Origin: Spirochaetia bacterium
GTDB taxonomy: Bacteria; Spirochaetota; Spirochaetia; SZUA-6; Bin103
Reading direction: 5' to 3'
Length of the DNA: 64,000 nucleotides
NCBI GenBank assembly: GCA_965208575.1
Contig: CBDBOV010000004.1
Location: 160,001 to 224,000, forward strand
The notes under the pieces were generated by a model. It saw nothing but the letters and a program-made list of their open reading frames with translations. It was not told the DNA's origin and did not search any database. How positions within the stretch are numbered: position 1 is the stretch's first letter; the number at the start of each line of letters is the position of its first letter. The translations under genes were made by a program, and so were the position numbers. Of this stretch, positions 40,337 through 49,874 are shown one piece after another.

Positions 40337-40434
40337 CCAGAGTATACCGAACCGCCCGGTACGTCAAACCGGACGCCGGCGGTTCCGTGGACAGCGCTTG
40401 TCGCGCTACCGCAACCGGTCTAACTTGACGCGGC

Positions 40435-41142
40435 ATGGATGAGTTGCCGAAACTGACTCGGTTTCTGCGCCGCGCGTCGCAGTCCGGCGGTCCGGTGGTC
40501 GCGCCGTCGCTGCTGGCGGCGGATGCCGGCGACTTGGCCGAGGGGCTCGCAGTTGCCGAGCGCGCGCGCGCCGAGTGGCTCCACATCGACGTCATGGACG
40601 GGGTGTTCGTGCCGCCGATTTCGTTCGGCGCCGATACCGTGGCGGCGTTGCGCAGGCGCACCGGCCTGCTCGTCGACGTGCATCTGATGACCGTGCACCC
40701 GGAGCGCCACGTGGCGCCATTCGCGGACGCCGGCGCCGACCTGATCACCGTTCACCTCGAGACCGCCGTTCACGCACACCGCACCCTGGGTGCAATACGC
40801 GCAGCCGGCGCGGCGGCCGGGATCGCCATCGTGCCATCGACCCCCGCCGCGCTGCTTTGCGAGCTCTGGGACGTCGTCGACCTGGTGCTCGTCATGACCG
40901 TGAACCCGGGGTATGGCGGCCAGCGGCTCATACCGCGCTGCGTGCGCAAGGTCGCGCAGGTGGCGGCGGCGCGGCAGGAGGCGGGAGCAGGGTTCCTCAT
41001 TCAGGCGGACGGCGGCATCACCGGCGACACGGCGGTGGACGTGTTCCGCTCCGGCGCCGACGTGCTGGTGGTAGGCACCGCCTTCTACCGGGCGCAGGAC
41101 CCGGCCGCCGTGGTACGCGACCTGTCCGCGGCCGTTCGGTGA
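40435..41142 (+). CDS. rpe: Ribulose-phosphate 3-epimerase
   Basis: APSLLAAD, HIDVMDG, DVHLM, MTVNPGYGGQ, DGGI, VVGTA. Confidence 0.96.
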   Translation: MDELPKLTRFLRRASQSGGPVVAPSLLAADAGDLAEGLAVAERARAEWLHIDVMDGVFVPPISFGADTVAALRRRTGLLVDVHLMTVHPERHVAPFADAGADLITVHLETAVHAHRTLGAIRAAGAAAGIAIVPSTPAALLCELWDVVDLVLVMTVNPGYGGQRLIPRCVRKVAQVAAARQEAGAGFLIQADGGITGDTAVDVFRSGADVLVVGTAFYRAQDPAAVVRDLSAAVR

Positions 41143-41663
41143 TGCGCGCGGTGGTACAGCGCGTGCTGTCTTGCGAGGTGCGCGCGGACGCCGGGAGTGC
41201 GGAAGCAGGCGGAGCGGGCGGCGCCGCCGAGCGGCCCGCGCCGGCCCGATCCGTCCCACCCGCATCCTACCGGGCGCGCATCGGGCGCGGTTTGCTGGTC
41301 TACCTCGCCGTCGCCGCTGAAGACGGCGCCGACGACCTTGCCTACATGGCCAACAAGGTCGCCGGACTGCGGGTGTTCGCGGACAGCGAGGGTCGTATGG
41401 AACGTTCGGTCGCCGACGTCGGCGGCGAGGTGCTCGTCGTGTCGCAGTTCACGTTGTATGGCGACGTACGGCGCGGGCGGCGGCCCTACTTCGGGCGCGC
41501 CGCGGCACCCGATGCGGCCGCGACGCGCTACGAGGCGTTCATTGCCCGCTTGCGGCAGCAAGGATTGCGGGTGGCGAGCGGCCGCTTTCAGGCCCACATG
41601 CAGGTGGATGCGGTCAACGACGGCCCGGTGACCATCCTGCTCGACTCGGAGCGCTGCTTCTGA
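41142..41663 (+). CDS. dtd: D-aminoacyl-tRNA deacylase
   Basis: MRAVVQRV, LRVF, VSQFTL, GRRP, GRFQAHMQV..NDGPVTI. Confidence 0.95.
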   Translation: MRAVVQRVLSCEVRADAGSAEAGGAGGAAERPAPARSVPPASYRARIGRGLLVYLAVAAEDGADDLAYMANKVAGLRVFADSEGRMERSVADVGGEVLVVSQFTLYGDVRRGRRPYFGRAAAPDAAATRYEAFIARLRQQGLRVASGRFQAHMQVDAVNDGPVTILLDSERCF

Positions 41664-41697
41664 CCGCGCTCGGATGCCGCGGGCGGGCGCCCGTTCA

Positions 41698-41726
41698 TTG
41701 ACCTGTAACTGACTACGGCGTACCAT
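41698..41726 (+). promoter_or_regulatory. Sigma70-type promoter for recA
   Basis: TTGACC, 17 nt, TACCAT; a second TATAAC lies at 41765-70. Confidence 0.55.
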
Positions 41727-41844
41727 GTTGGGGCACCGTTTGAAGCGTCAGCCCTTTCTGCGCCTATAACACTAGTACCAACATCATGAAGTGGGCGACC
41801 CGACCGGCCGGTGACACGGCCCGAGGGCCGGCCCGGGAGGAAGT

Positions 41845-42942
41845 ATGGCAAAGCAGGTCAGCAAAGGAGCGAGCGTCACGGCGACGGCGGCAGCCGTTCC
41901 GGCGGGTGAGTTCTCCATCGGTCCCGATCCGGAACGCTTGAAGGCGCTCGATGCGGCCCGGCTGCAGATCGAGAAGCAATTCGGCAAGGGCTCGATCATG
42001 CAGCTCGGTTCGGCGGCTCAGCAGGCGGACATTCGCGTGGTACCGTCGGGGTCGGTGCTGCTCGACGCGGCGATGGGGGTGGGAGGATACCCGCGCGGCC
42101 GCATCATCGAGATCTTCGGACCCGAGTCATCCGGCAAGACCACCCTGGCTCTGCATGCGATCGCGGAGGCGCAGAAGGAACTGGGAATCGCGGCGTTCGT
42201 GGACGCCGAGCACGCGCTCGATCCGCACTACGCACGATCGCTCGGGGTGGATATCGACAAGCTTTGGGTGTCGCAGCCCGATCACGGAGAGCAGGCCCTG
42301 GAAATTGTCGAGTCGCTGATTCGCTCCGGAGCCGTGGACATCATCGTGGTCGACTCGGTGGCTGCTCTGACGCCGCGCGCCGAGATCGAGGGCGACATGG
42401 GCGACTCCCACATGGGGTTGCAGGCGCGGCTCATGAGCCAGGCGCTGCGCAAGCTGACCGGCACGATCAGCAAGTCGGGCACCTGTCTCATGTTCATCAA
42501 CCAGACGCGCATGAAGATCGGCGTCATGTTCGGCAACCCGGAGACGACCACCGGCGGAAACGCACTCAAGTTCTATTCGACGATCCGCATGGAGGTGCGC
42601 AAGATAGAGACCATCACCAAGGGAGCGGACAACCCCCTCGGCAACCGGGTGCGCGTACGGGTGGTCAAGAACAAGGTCGCCCCGCCGTTCCAGAAGGTGG
42701 AGCTGGAGATCATCTTCGGCAAGGGCATTTCGGCAGCCGGGAGCCTGCTCGATGCCGCCGTTGCGAATGGCATCATCGACAAGAGCGGCACCTGGTACTC
42801 GTACGGCGAAGACCGCATCGGACAGGGGCGTGAGAACGCGAGGCGTTTCCTGGAGGAGAAACATGACGTGCGCGAGGCGATCGATGAGCGCGTGCGAACG
42901 CTGCTGTTCGGCACCGCGTCCGATGCTGCGGCGGATGACTGA
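41845..42942 (+). CDS. recA: Recombinase RecA
   Basis: [59 protein letters not shown]; SD GGAGG. Confidence 0.99.
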   Translation: MAKQVSKGASVTATAAAVPAGEFSIGPDPERLKALDAARLQIEKQFGKGSIMQLGSAAQQADIRVVPSGSVLLDAAMGVGGYPRGRIIEIFGPESSGKTTLALHAIAEAQKELGIAAFVDAEHALDPHYARSLGVDIDKLWVSQPDHGEQALEIVESLIRSGAVDIIVVDSVAALTPRAEIEGDMGDSHMGLQARLMSQALRKLTGTISKSGTCLMFINQTRMKIGVMFGNPETTTGGNALKFYSTIRMEVRKIETITKGADNPLGNRVRVRVVKNKVAPPFQKVELEIIFGKGISAAGSLLDAAVANGIIDKSGTWYSYGEDRIGQGRENARRFLEEKHDVREAIDERVRTLLFGTASDAAADD

Positions 42943-43013
42943 CCGCCGGGCGCGCGCAACCTTCGCGGGTTGACGGCGCTCCCGCCAAACGCGTTACCAT
43001 CCCGGTAATTGCA

Positions 43014-43856
43014 ATGTCGACCGCGTACGACCAAGCCAACGGCCGCGCACCGCCCGAGTTGCCATTCGCGGGCAGCAGCGGTTCGGACGGAGCATTCGCC
43101 GACCTCAGCTTCCAACTGCACGAGTTCGAGGGCCCCCTCGACCTCCTGCTTCATCTGATCCAACGCGCCGAGGTCAACGTCTACGACATTCCCATTGCCG
43201 CGATTACCGACCAGTACCTGCGCTACGTCGCGTCGTCCGCCGCCCGCAACGGCGATCCACAGCGCCGTCTCGAACACTTGACCCAGTTCCAGGTGATGGC
43301 GGCGACGCTGTTGCATATCAAGTCACGCATGCTGCTGCCGCTCCCGTACACCGACGACCAGCCGTACGAGGATCCGCGCCGGGAGCTTGTCGAGCAGCTT
43401 CTGGAATACCAGCGGTTCAAGCGTCTCAGCGAGATCCTGGCGCAGCATCAGCAGGAGGCGCACTGGATCATCACGCGCCACGAACCACGGGTGCTTGTCG
43501 AGTCCCCTGAGTTGGACGACGGCAATGAAGTGCAGCTTTCCCCGGACGATCTCCTGGCCGCGTTCAAGAACATCGTGGCCGCCATCGGCGGCGAACAGCT
43601 CACCAGCCTGTACGAGGAGTTTACCGTCAACGAAAAGATCGCGCTGGTGTACGAGCGGTTGGCCCTGACGGCGGCGTTCTCGTTCCTGGAGTTGGTGCGC
43701 GGCGGGTCGGCGCTGGAGATCATCTGCGCGTTCTGGGCGGTGCTCGAACTGGCCAAGAGTCAGACCATAGCGGTGGTGCAGCGCCAACAGTTCGCTGCCA
43801 TCGTGGTAGAGCGGCGCGGCACCGGGTCGTTGCCCGCGGCAGAGTCCGGCGCGTGA
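43014..43856 (+). CDS. scpA: Segregation and condensation protein A
   Basis: FEGPLDLLLHLI, IAAITDQYL, MAATLLHIKSRMLLP, EDPRRELV..LLEYQ, FWAVLEL. Confidence 0.93.
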   Translation: MSTAYDQANGRAPPELPFAGSSGSDGAFADLSFQLHEFEGPLDLLLHLIQRAEVNVYDIPIAAITDQYLRYVASSAARNGDPQRRLEHLTQFQVMAATLLHIKSRMLLPLPYTDDQPYEDPRRELVEQLLEYQRFKRLSEILAQHQQEAHWIITRHEPRVLVESPELDDGNEVQLSPDDLLAAFKNIVAAIGGEQLTSLYEEFTVNEKIALVYERLALTAAFSFLELVRGGSALEIICAFWAVLELAKSQTIAVVQRQQFAAIVVERRGTGSLPAAESGA

Positions 43857-44440
43857 GCCGAGTCGCGGACGGTACCGGGAAGGCCGTCGCCCCTCCGGCT
43901 GGACTGAAGCAGCAGAGCAAGCTGCTGGAGGGTATCCTGATGGTCGAGGCCGAGCCGCAGAGCACCGAGCGGCTGGCACGACTCACCGGCATGCCCGCCG
44001 GTGCGGTGCGCGCCGCGGTGGCCGAAGTGCAGCGTCGTTTCGAAGATCCGGAGCACGGGGTCCAGGTGCTGGAAGTGGCAGGCGGCTATACGCTGGTTCC
44101 GAAAGCCGAGTTGTGGCCGTGGCTGCGCCACCACTATGGACGCCTGTCGCGCGGCAGCCTGTCGCGCGCGGCGCTGGAGACGCTGGCCATCGTTGCCTAC
44201 TCGCAGCCGATCACCCGCAGCGAGATCGAAAGCGTGCGTGGCGTGTCGGCGGACGGGATGCTTCGGCTGCTCGGTGAGCGCGACCTGGTCCGCGAGGTGG
44301 GCCGCAAGGACGCTCCGGGGCGTCCGATCCAATACGGCACCTCCGGTGAATTCCTGCGCATCTTCGGGATCACCTCCATCGCCGACCTGCCCAAGCTGGC
44401 CGAGGCCGACCGCGAGAAGTTCAAGCTGCCCGATGGCTGA
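43853..44440 (+). CDS. scpB: Segregation and condensation protein B
   Basis: LSRAALETLAIVAYSQPITRSEIESVRGV, PGRPIQYGT..FL. Confidence 0.95.
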   Translation: MSRVADGTGKAVAPPAGLKQQSKLLEGILMVEAEPQSTERLARLTGMPAGAVRAAVAEVQRRFEDPEHGVQVLEVAGGYTLVPKAELWPWLRHHYGRLSRGSLSRAALETLAIVAYSQPITRSEIESVRGVSADGMLRLLGERDLVREVGRKDAPGRPIQYGTSGEFLRIFGITSIADLPKLAEADREKFKLPDG

Positions 44441-45224
44441 CGCCCCGGCGCCGCCGGCCGAACCGAGCGCCGGCTCGGACGACGCGCCGCAGCGGTTGCA
44501 GGTGTTTCTCGCGCGCGCCGGGGTGGCTTCGCGGCGGGGCGGCGAGCGGCTCATCGCGAGCGGCAGGGTCGCGGTAAACGGAGAGCAGGTCACGGTGCAG
44601 GGGTGCACGGTGGCCGTGGGCGACCGCGTAACCGTCGATGGCAGGGTGGTGACCGCTGAGTTCCGGCCGGCCCACTTCGCGCTGCACAAGCCGGCGGGCT
44701 ACCTGTGCTCGAACACGGACCCGCGCAGGCGTCGGCTTGCACGGAACCTGCTTCCGCCCGAAGCCGGACGGACGTTCCACGTCGGAAGACTGGATCTCGC
44801 ATCAAGCGGACTCATCCTGTTCACCAACGACGGGCAGCTGGCGGTTCGCGTGACGCATCCGCGATACGGTGTGGAAAAGGAGTACGCGGTAACCACCGAC
44901 CGCCCGGTATCGATCGCGGTGCTGGAGCGATATCGAGCCGGCTGGTGCATCGGCGGCACCACCTACACGCTGGCCGGCTATCGCCGCAGCGACGGAAACC
45001 GAGTGACGCTGACCCTGACCGAGGGGCGCAATCGTGAAATCCGCCGGGTGCTCGGGCACGCCGGCTTGCGGGTTCGCCGGCTCGTGCGCGTGCGCATCGG
45101 TCCGGTCGCCCTGGACGGCATTGCTTCCGGAACCTGGCGGACTCTGAGTGCACCGGAGGTGACCTGGTTTCTCGATCGCCGGCCGCAAGCGGTGCGGCGC
45201 GTCGGGCCGGGGCGGCCGCGGTGA
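44433..45224 (+). CDS. rluB: rRNA pseudouridine synthase (RsuA/RluB family)
   Basis: S4 domain RLQVFLARAGVASRR, HKPAG, VGRLD..SSGLILFTNDG, EGRNREIRR. Confidence 0.88.
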   Translation: MADAPAPPAEPSAGSDDAPQRLQVFLARAGVASRRGGERLIASGRVAVNGEQVTVQGCTVAVGDRVTVDGRVVTAEFRPAHFALHKPAGYLCSNTDPRRRRLARNLLPPEAGRTFHVGRLDLASSGLILFTNDGQLAVRVTHPRYGVEKEYAVTTDRPVSIAVLERYRAGWCIGGTTYTLAGYRRSDGNRVTLTLTEGRNREIRRVLGHAGLRVRRLVRVRIGPVALDGIASGTWRTLSAPEVTWFLDRRPQAVRRVGPGRPR

Positions 45225-45883
45225 GGGTGCCGGCGGTGATCGCGATAGACGGGCCGTCCGGTTCCGGCAAGTCGACCGTCGCGGCATGCGTGGCGCGCAG
45301 GTTGCACCTCCCGTGGCTGAGTTCCGGCGCACTGTACCGCGCGGTAACACGGTTGGCGTTGGACCGGCTGGGCGGAACCAGGAGTACCGAGCGGATACTC
45401 GACATGATGCGGTCGACGCACTGGACGGTGAGCGGCGGGTCGGTATATGCTGCCGGTCTGGACCTTAGCCCGTCACTATACAGTTCGGAAGTGGACGGCC
45501 TGGTAGCGCCGCTGTCCGCCGTTCCCGCGATTCGCACCGAGATCAACCGGACCCTGCGGGCACGGGTGGCCGCCGGCAGGTGGGTGGTCGAAGGCCGCGA
45601 CATGGGGACCGAAGTGTTCCCCGAGGCGATCGTGAAGGTGTTTCTCGATGCCGACCCGGATGTGCGTGCCACGAGGAGGGCTCGCCAGCGCGGGTCGGCC
45701 GGTCCGGTGGTGGGGCGGATCGCCGAGGACTTGGCCGAACGCGACCGCCGCGACCGGCGAAAGCCGATGGGCGCGTTGCGTCCGGCCGCGGATGCGCAAC
45801 TGATTGAAACTTCGCACTTGACGGTGGCTGAGGTTTGTGCGAAGGTTGTGTCCGTAATCCCCACTAATTTCCCCCCGGAGTAA
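45221..45883 (+). CDS. cmk: Cytidylate kinase
   Basis: IAIDGPSGSGKST, GALYRA, VVEGRDMGTEVFP, RDRRD. Confidence 0.95.
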   Translation: MRVPAVIAIDGPSGSGKSTVAACVARRLHLPWLSSGALYRAVTRLALDRLGGTRSTERILDMMRSTHWTVSGGSVYAAGLDLSPSLYSSEVDGLVAPLSAVPAIRTEINRTLRARVAAGRWVVEGRDMGTEVFPEAIVKVFLDADPDVRATRRARQRGSAGPVVGRIAEDLAERDRRDRRKPMGALRPAADAQLIETSHLTVAEVCAKVVSVIPTNFPPE

Positions 45884-45896
45884 TCCTGTTCGCATT

Positions 45897-47600
45897 ATGA
45901 GCGACTCGGAAGCAGGCGCGTCGAAGCCCCAATCCTTCGAATCACAACTGCAAGAGCAATACATCACCCGCCTTGATCAGGTGGAAGAGGGTCAGTTGAT
46001 CACGGGTCACGTGATCGAAGTTGGCCCCGAAACCGTGTTCGTGGATGTCGGTCTGAAGTCGGAAGGCCGCATACCACTCGATGAATTCGACAAGCCGCCG
46101 CACGTCAAGGACGAGGTGAACGTCGTCCTGTTGCGCAAGGAGGGCCGCCACGGTGAAGTGGTGGTGTCCAAGCGCAAGGCCGACGAGCAGGTCGTGTGGC
46201 GGGCACTGAAGGAGTCCGACGAGACCGGCGAGCCGGTGCCTGGTCGGGTTACCCGGAAGATCAAGGGCGGCTACGAGGTTGACCTCGGCGCGGCTCTGCG
46301 AGCGTTCGTGCCGTTCTCGAAGGTCGACGTGATGCGCGTACGGGACGAGGACGCCTACATCGGCCTGGAGACGCGGTTCTTCGTGGAGCAGCTCTACAAC
46401 CGCGGCAAGGTCAACATCGTCCTGAACCGGAAGTCGTGGCTGGAGCGCGAGGCGCGCAAGAAGCGCGATCAGTTCTACGAGAGCGCGGCGGTGGGAGACG
46501 TATACCGCGGCACGGTGAAGACGTTCACCTCGTTCGGCGCGTTCGTCGACCTGGGCGGCTTCGACGGACTGCTGCACGTGAACGACATGCGCTGGGGACA
46601 CGTGGCCTCACCCAAGGATGCCGTGGTGATCGGCGAAGAGGTGGACGTCAAGGTGATCCGCATCGATCGCGACTCGCAGAAGGTCAATCTCAGTCTCAAG
46701 CACTTCACACCCGATCCGTGGACCACCTTCGAAGAGCGTTACACCGTGGACGACGTGGTAACCGGCAAGGTGAGCAAGATCACGGACTTCGGTGCGTTCA
46801 TCGAAATCGAGCCGGGCATCGAAGGCCTGCTGCATATCTCGGACATGTCGTGGGTCAGAAAGATCGGCCACCCGCGCGAGGTGCTTGGCGGCGGCGACGA
46901 GGTGCAGGTCAAGATCCTGGACTACGACCTGGAGCGGGGCAAGCTGTCGCTCGGGCTCAAGCACGTTCTGCCGAATCCGTGGGACACCGTGGAGGAGCGG
47001 TTCCCGCCCGGCAAGGTGGTAAAGGGCACGGTGCGCAACATCACCAGCTACGGAGCGTTCGTCCAGTTGGAGGAGGGCATCGACGGGCTGCTGCACGTCG
47101 AGGACATGTCCTGGACCAAGAAGGTGCGCAATCCGGGCTCGGTGGTGAATTCCGGCGAGGAGATCGAAGTTGCGGTGGTCGACCTGGACAAGAAGGCACG
47201 CCGCATCCGGCTTGGCTTGAAGCAACTCTCCGATGACCCGTGGGAGGCTCTGGCACGCGCCTTCAAGCGCGGCAGCGTCATTGAGGGCGAGGTGAGCAGC
47301 AAGACCGATTTCGGGGTATTCCTGCGGGTGCAGGGAGGCATCGAGGGGCTGATCGCAAACAACCAGCTCGCCGAACCGAGCGGAGGCGCCATCGACAGGA
47401 TGCGCGACGAGATCAGCGTCGGCGATCCGTTGAAGGCGGTCGTTACCGAGGTGAGCGCCGACAAGCAGCGGCTGTCCCTGTCGCTGCGCGAGTTGCAGCG
47501 CCGTGAAGAGCGTCAGGAACTGGTGAAGTATATTCACGACGATGAAGAGCCGGATCGCGTGTCGCTTGGCGAGTTCCTCAGAGACCGCACGAACGAGTGA
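45897..47600 (+). CDS. rpsA: 30S ribosomal protein S1
   Basis: Six S1 repeats (VDVGLKSEG; FGAFVDLGGFDGLLH; FGAFIEIEPGIEGLLHISD; etc.). Confidence 0.97.
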   Translation: MSDSEAGASKPQSFESQLQEQYITRLDQVEEGQLITGHVIEVGPETVFVDVGLKSEGRIPLDEFDKPPHVKDEVNVVLLRKEGRHGEVVVSKRKADEQVVWRALKESDETGEPVPGRVTRKIKGGYEVDLGAALRAFVPFSKVDVMRVRDEDAYIGLETRFFVEQLYNRGKVNIVLNRKSWLEREARKKRDQFYESAAVGDVYRGTVKTFTSFGAFVDLGGFDGLLHVNDMRWGHVASPKDAVVIGEEVDVKVIRIDRDSQKVNLSLKHFTPDPWTTFEERYTVDDVVTGKVSKITDFGAFIEIEPGIEGLLHISDMSWVRKIGHPREVLGGGDEVQVKILDYDLERGKLSLGLKHVLPNPWDTVEERFPPGKVVKGTVRNITSYGAFVQLEEGIDGLLHVEDMSWTKKVRNPGSVVNSGEEIEVAVVDLDKKARRIRLGLKQLSDDPWEALARAFKRGSVIEGEVSSKTDFGVFLRVQGGIEGLIANNQLAEPSGGAIDRMRDEISVGDPLKAVVTEVSADKQRLSLSLRELQRREERQELVKYIHDDEEPDRVSLGEFLRDRTNE

Positions 47601-47633
47601 TGTACCGGAGTCGCGGCTCGGAGGGGTGCACCG

Positions 47634-48338
47634 GTGAGTAGCGCCCAGTCATCTTCGGCAGCTACGTCCGGTGTCGTCACCCTGGTGTCGGCATTCGTCG
47701 AACGCTACCGGTTGCCGCTGCTGGTGGTGGCGGGCGTGGTGGTGGCGGCGCTCGGCGTGTGGCTGATCTGGGCAGAACGCGAACGCAGCGTGGAGGAGAG
47801 TTCGGCGCTGCGTGCCGAGCAGTTGCAGGATCTGTTCGAGTCTTGGAACGGAGCCCCCGACGGCACCCGCAAGACCAACCTGGGCAACGACCTCATCGAA
47901 GAGGTGGACCTCCTGTTGCGGCAATTCCCGCGCCGCTACGCCGCCCAGCGGGCGCTCTACGTGCGCGCCGAGTATTGGTTCGCGACCGAGCAGTGGCAGA
48001 ACGCCGCCGCTGACTGGCAGGAGCTGGCGGAGCGCTGGCCCACCAGCTACCTGGCGCCGTTGAGCATCTTCAACGCCGCGGTCTCCCTGGAGGAAGCGGG
48101 CGAGGCGGAGGCGGCGCGCGCGCATCTCGAGCGCCTGGTCGCCGACTGGGAGCACAACCTGCTGGTCCCTCGTGCGCTGTTTTCCATCGGCCGCATGGCT
48201 GAGCAGCGGACTGACTACGACGCGGCGCGCGAAGCGTACGCCAGGGTGACCGACGATCACGCCGGCAGCAGTTGGGCTACCGCCGTGCGCAACCGCCTCA
48301 TCGCACTGGAAACGCAGGGCCTGCTGCCGGCAGAGTAG
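47634..48338 (+). CDS. Membrane-anchored tetratricopeptide repeat protein
   Basis: N-terminal TM, then TPR-like units (RALYVRAEY, LSIFNAAVSLEEAG, RALFSIGRMAE). Confidence 0.75.
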   Translation: MSSAQSSSAATSGVVTLVSAFVERYRLPLLVVAGVVVAALGVWLIWAERERSVEESSALRAEQLQDLFESWNGAPDGTRKTNLGNDLIEEVDLLLRQFPRRYAAQRALYVRAEYWFATEQWQNAAADWQELAERWPTSYLAPLSIFNAAVSLEEAGEAEAARAHLERLVADWEHNLLVPRALFSIGRMAEQRTDYDAAREAYARVTDDHAGSSWATAVRNRLIALETQGLLPAE

Positions 48339-48345
48339 GGGAGGC

Positions 48346-49014
48346 GTGGCGCTGGCGCGGACGTTGCGCGCAGGCGCGCTGGTGGTCGCGGTCGCAATCT
48401 GCGCCACCTCCGGCTGCGGCCTCCCGGACGCCCGGCCTGTCCTGCCTCCACCCACGGACCCTGACTCTTCCGTGACGGCGCGAAGATTCACGTTCAAGGT
48501 GCCCGATTCTACCGACGCGCCGTTCCTGGGCATCGAGCTGTACTACCGGATCGTGCCGGTCGGGTCGGTGCCCGAGCCTGATCGGGAGTCGCGCGAGGAG
48601 TTGGCGGCGCACGGTTTCCGCCGCATCGCGAGCAGCACCGACGACGATCCGCCGTCACTTCCGCTGATCGACGGGCCGGATGCCGGTGTCGTGGTCACGA
48701 TCGATTTCAGCGATTTCAACGAGGCGGAGCCGGGTGAGGATCCTCCGACGGCCAGTTGGGCCGGCGGTGACGACGTGTCGCTGCGGCGGGCGGTCCGGAG
48801 TGGGACCGATGGCTACAAGAGGTTCGCGTGCGACCAGTTTGACCCCGGCGACGTTGACATCGGGACCGTGACCGATGAGCTTGCCGATCCGGGGAATTGC
48901 GAGATGGTACAGCTCCAACTCTACGCCCTGTCGTACGGGGCCACGGACCGTTTCACCGTCTACAGCGAGCCATTGTACCTGCACTCCATCGACCTGACGT
49001 TCATGCGCCAGTGA
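48346..49014 (+). CDS. Putative lipoprotein
   Basis: SD GGAGG; hydrophobic stretch, then ATSG-CGL lipobox-like Cys; FLGIELYYRI. Confidence 0.65.
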   Translation: MALARTLRAGALVVAVAICATSGCGLPDARPVLPPPTDPDSSVTARRFTFKVPDSTDAPFLGIELYYRIVPVGSVPEPDRESREELAAHGFRRIASSTDDDPPSLPLIDGPDAGVVVTIDFSDFNEAEPGEDPPTASWAGGDDVSLRRAVRSGTDGYKRFACDQFDPGDVDIGTVTDELADPGNCEMVQLQLYALSYGATDRFTVYSEPLYLHSIDLTFMRQ

Positions 49015-49280
49015 TCGAATACATCGAAGTCGGGCTGACGTTCGTGACGATCGGGCTGACGGCGGCGATCTTCTGTCATTTCGTGTTGCGCCGCCGGGTG
49101 CCGGGGGAGTTCTGGGGAGCGCTGATCGTCGGGTTGATCGGCGCCGTGCTCGGAGGCCTCCTGGACCAGGCGTTCGCGGGCGTGATCGAGCGCCTGTCGC
49201 GCTTCAATACCGTCAACGTGTTCGCGGCGGCGTTCTGTGCGTTCCTGCTGATCTGGTTGTTCTCCCGCCTCAACGACTGA
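49011..49280 (+). CDS. Small integral membrane protein
   Basis: GTGA overlap with the upstream gene; three TM segments; GALIVGLIGAVLGG resembles GlsB/YeaQ-type motifs. Confidence 0.65.
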   Translation: MIEYIEVGLTFVTIGLTAAIFCHFVLRRRVPGEFWGALIVGLIGAVLGGLLDQAFAGVIERLSRFNTVNVFAAAFCAFLLIWLFSRLND

Positions 49281-49728
49281 TCTCGCCGACCCAAGCGCGT
49301 GCTCGTTCGACGTGTTCCCCAACCCGCCACAAGGAAACAAAGATGTCGCGCACCACGCCGTGCTCGTCGATGAGGAAGGTGACGCGTCCGGTACGGTTCA
49401 GCAACAGGCGAGTGCTCGCACCGTACCGACGGCGTACGGCTCCGTCCGGGTCGCTGACGATGGGAAACGGCAGCGCGTGGCGGGCGGCGAACCCGTGGTG
49501 CGTCTCCGGCGAGTCGCTGCTGACGCCGACCACCTCGGCGCCGGCGGTCACCAGTTCCTCGTAGATGTCACGGAACCCGCACGCCTGCGCGGTGCAGCCC
49601 GCCGTGTGGTCGCGCGGATAGAAGAACAGCACCACCTTGCGCCCGCGCAGGGAGCTGAGTCGAAGCGGGGTACCTGCGCCGGTGGTCAGTTCGAAGTCGG
49701 GGGCCGGCTCGTTCAAGGAAACACTCAC
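49270..49728 (-). CDS. bcp: Peroxiredoxin (BCP/PrxQ)
   Basis: APDFEL, VVLFFYPRDHTAGCTAQAC, VVGVSSD, RVTFLID. Confidence 0.9.
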   Translation of the reverse strand: MSVSLNEPAPDFELTTGAGTPLRLSSLRGRKVVLFFYPRDHTAGCTAQACGFRDIYEELVTAGAEVVGVSSDSPETHHGFAARHALPFPIVSDPDGAVRRRYGASTRLLLNRTGRVTFLIDEHGVVRDIFVSLWRVGEHVERARAWVGEISR

Positions 49729-49874
49729 GATGGTACCCAGTCTACCAGCAGTCGCACCCGTTCGGAACCGCATGCAAGCGCCGATAATGTATATTCTGTC
49801 TACTTGTGGGTCGCGGAAGGCGCCGACGCGGGCCCCGCTTCGCGTATGCGCGCCGCCAATGCTACCCTGTCGGC

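Noticed and set aside
41664-41844. LexA/SOS box upstream of recA
   Set aside because: No match to SOS boxes I know; only a short ACTAGT palindrome.
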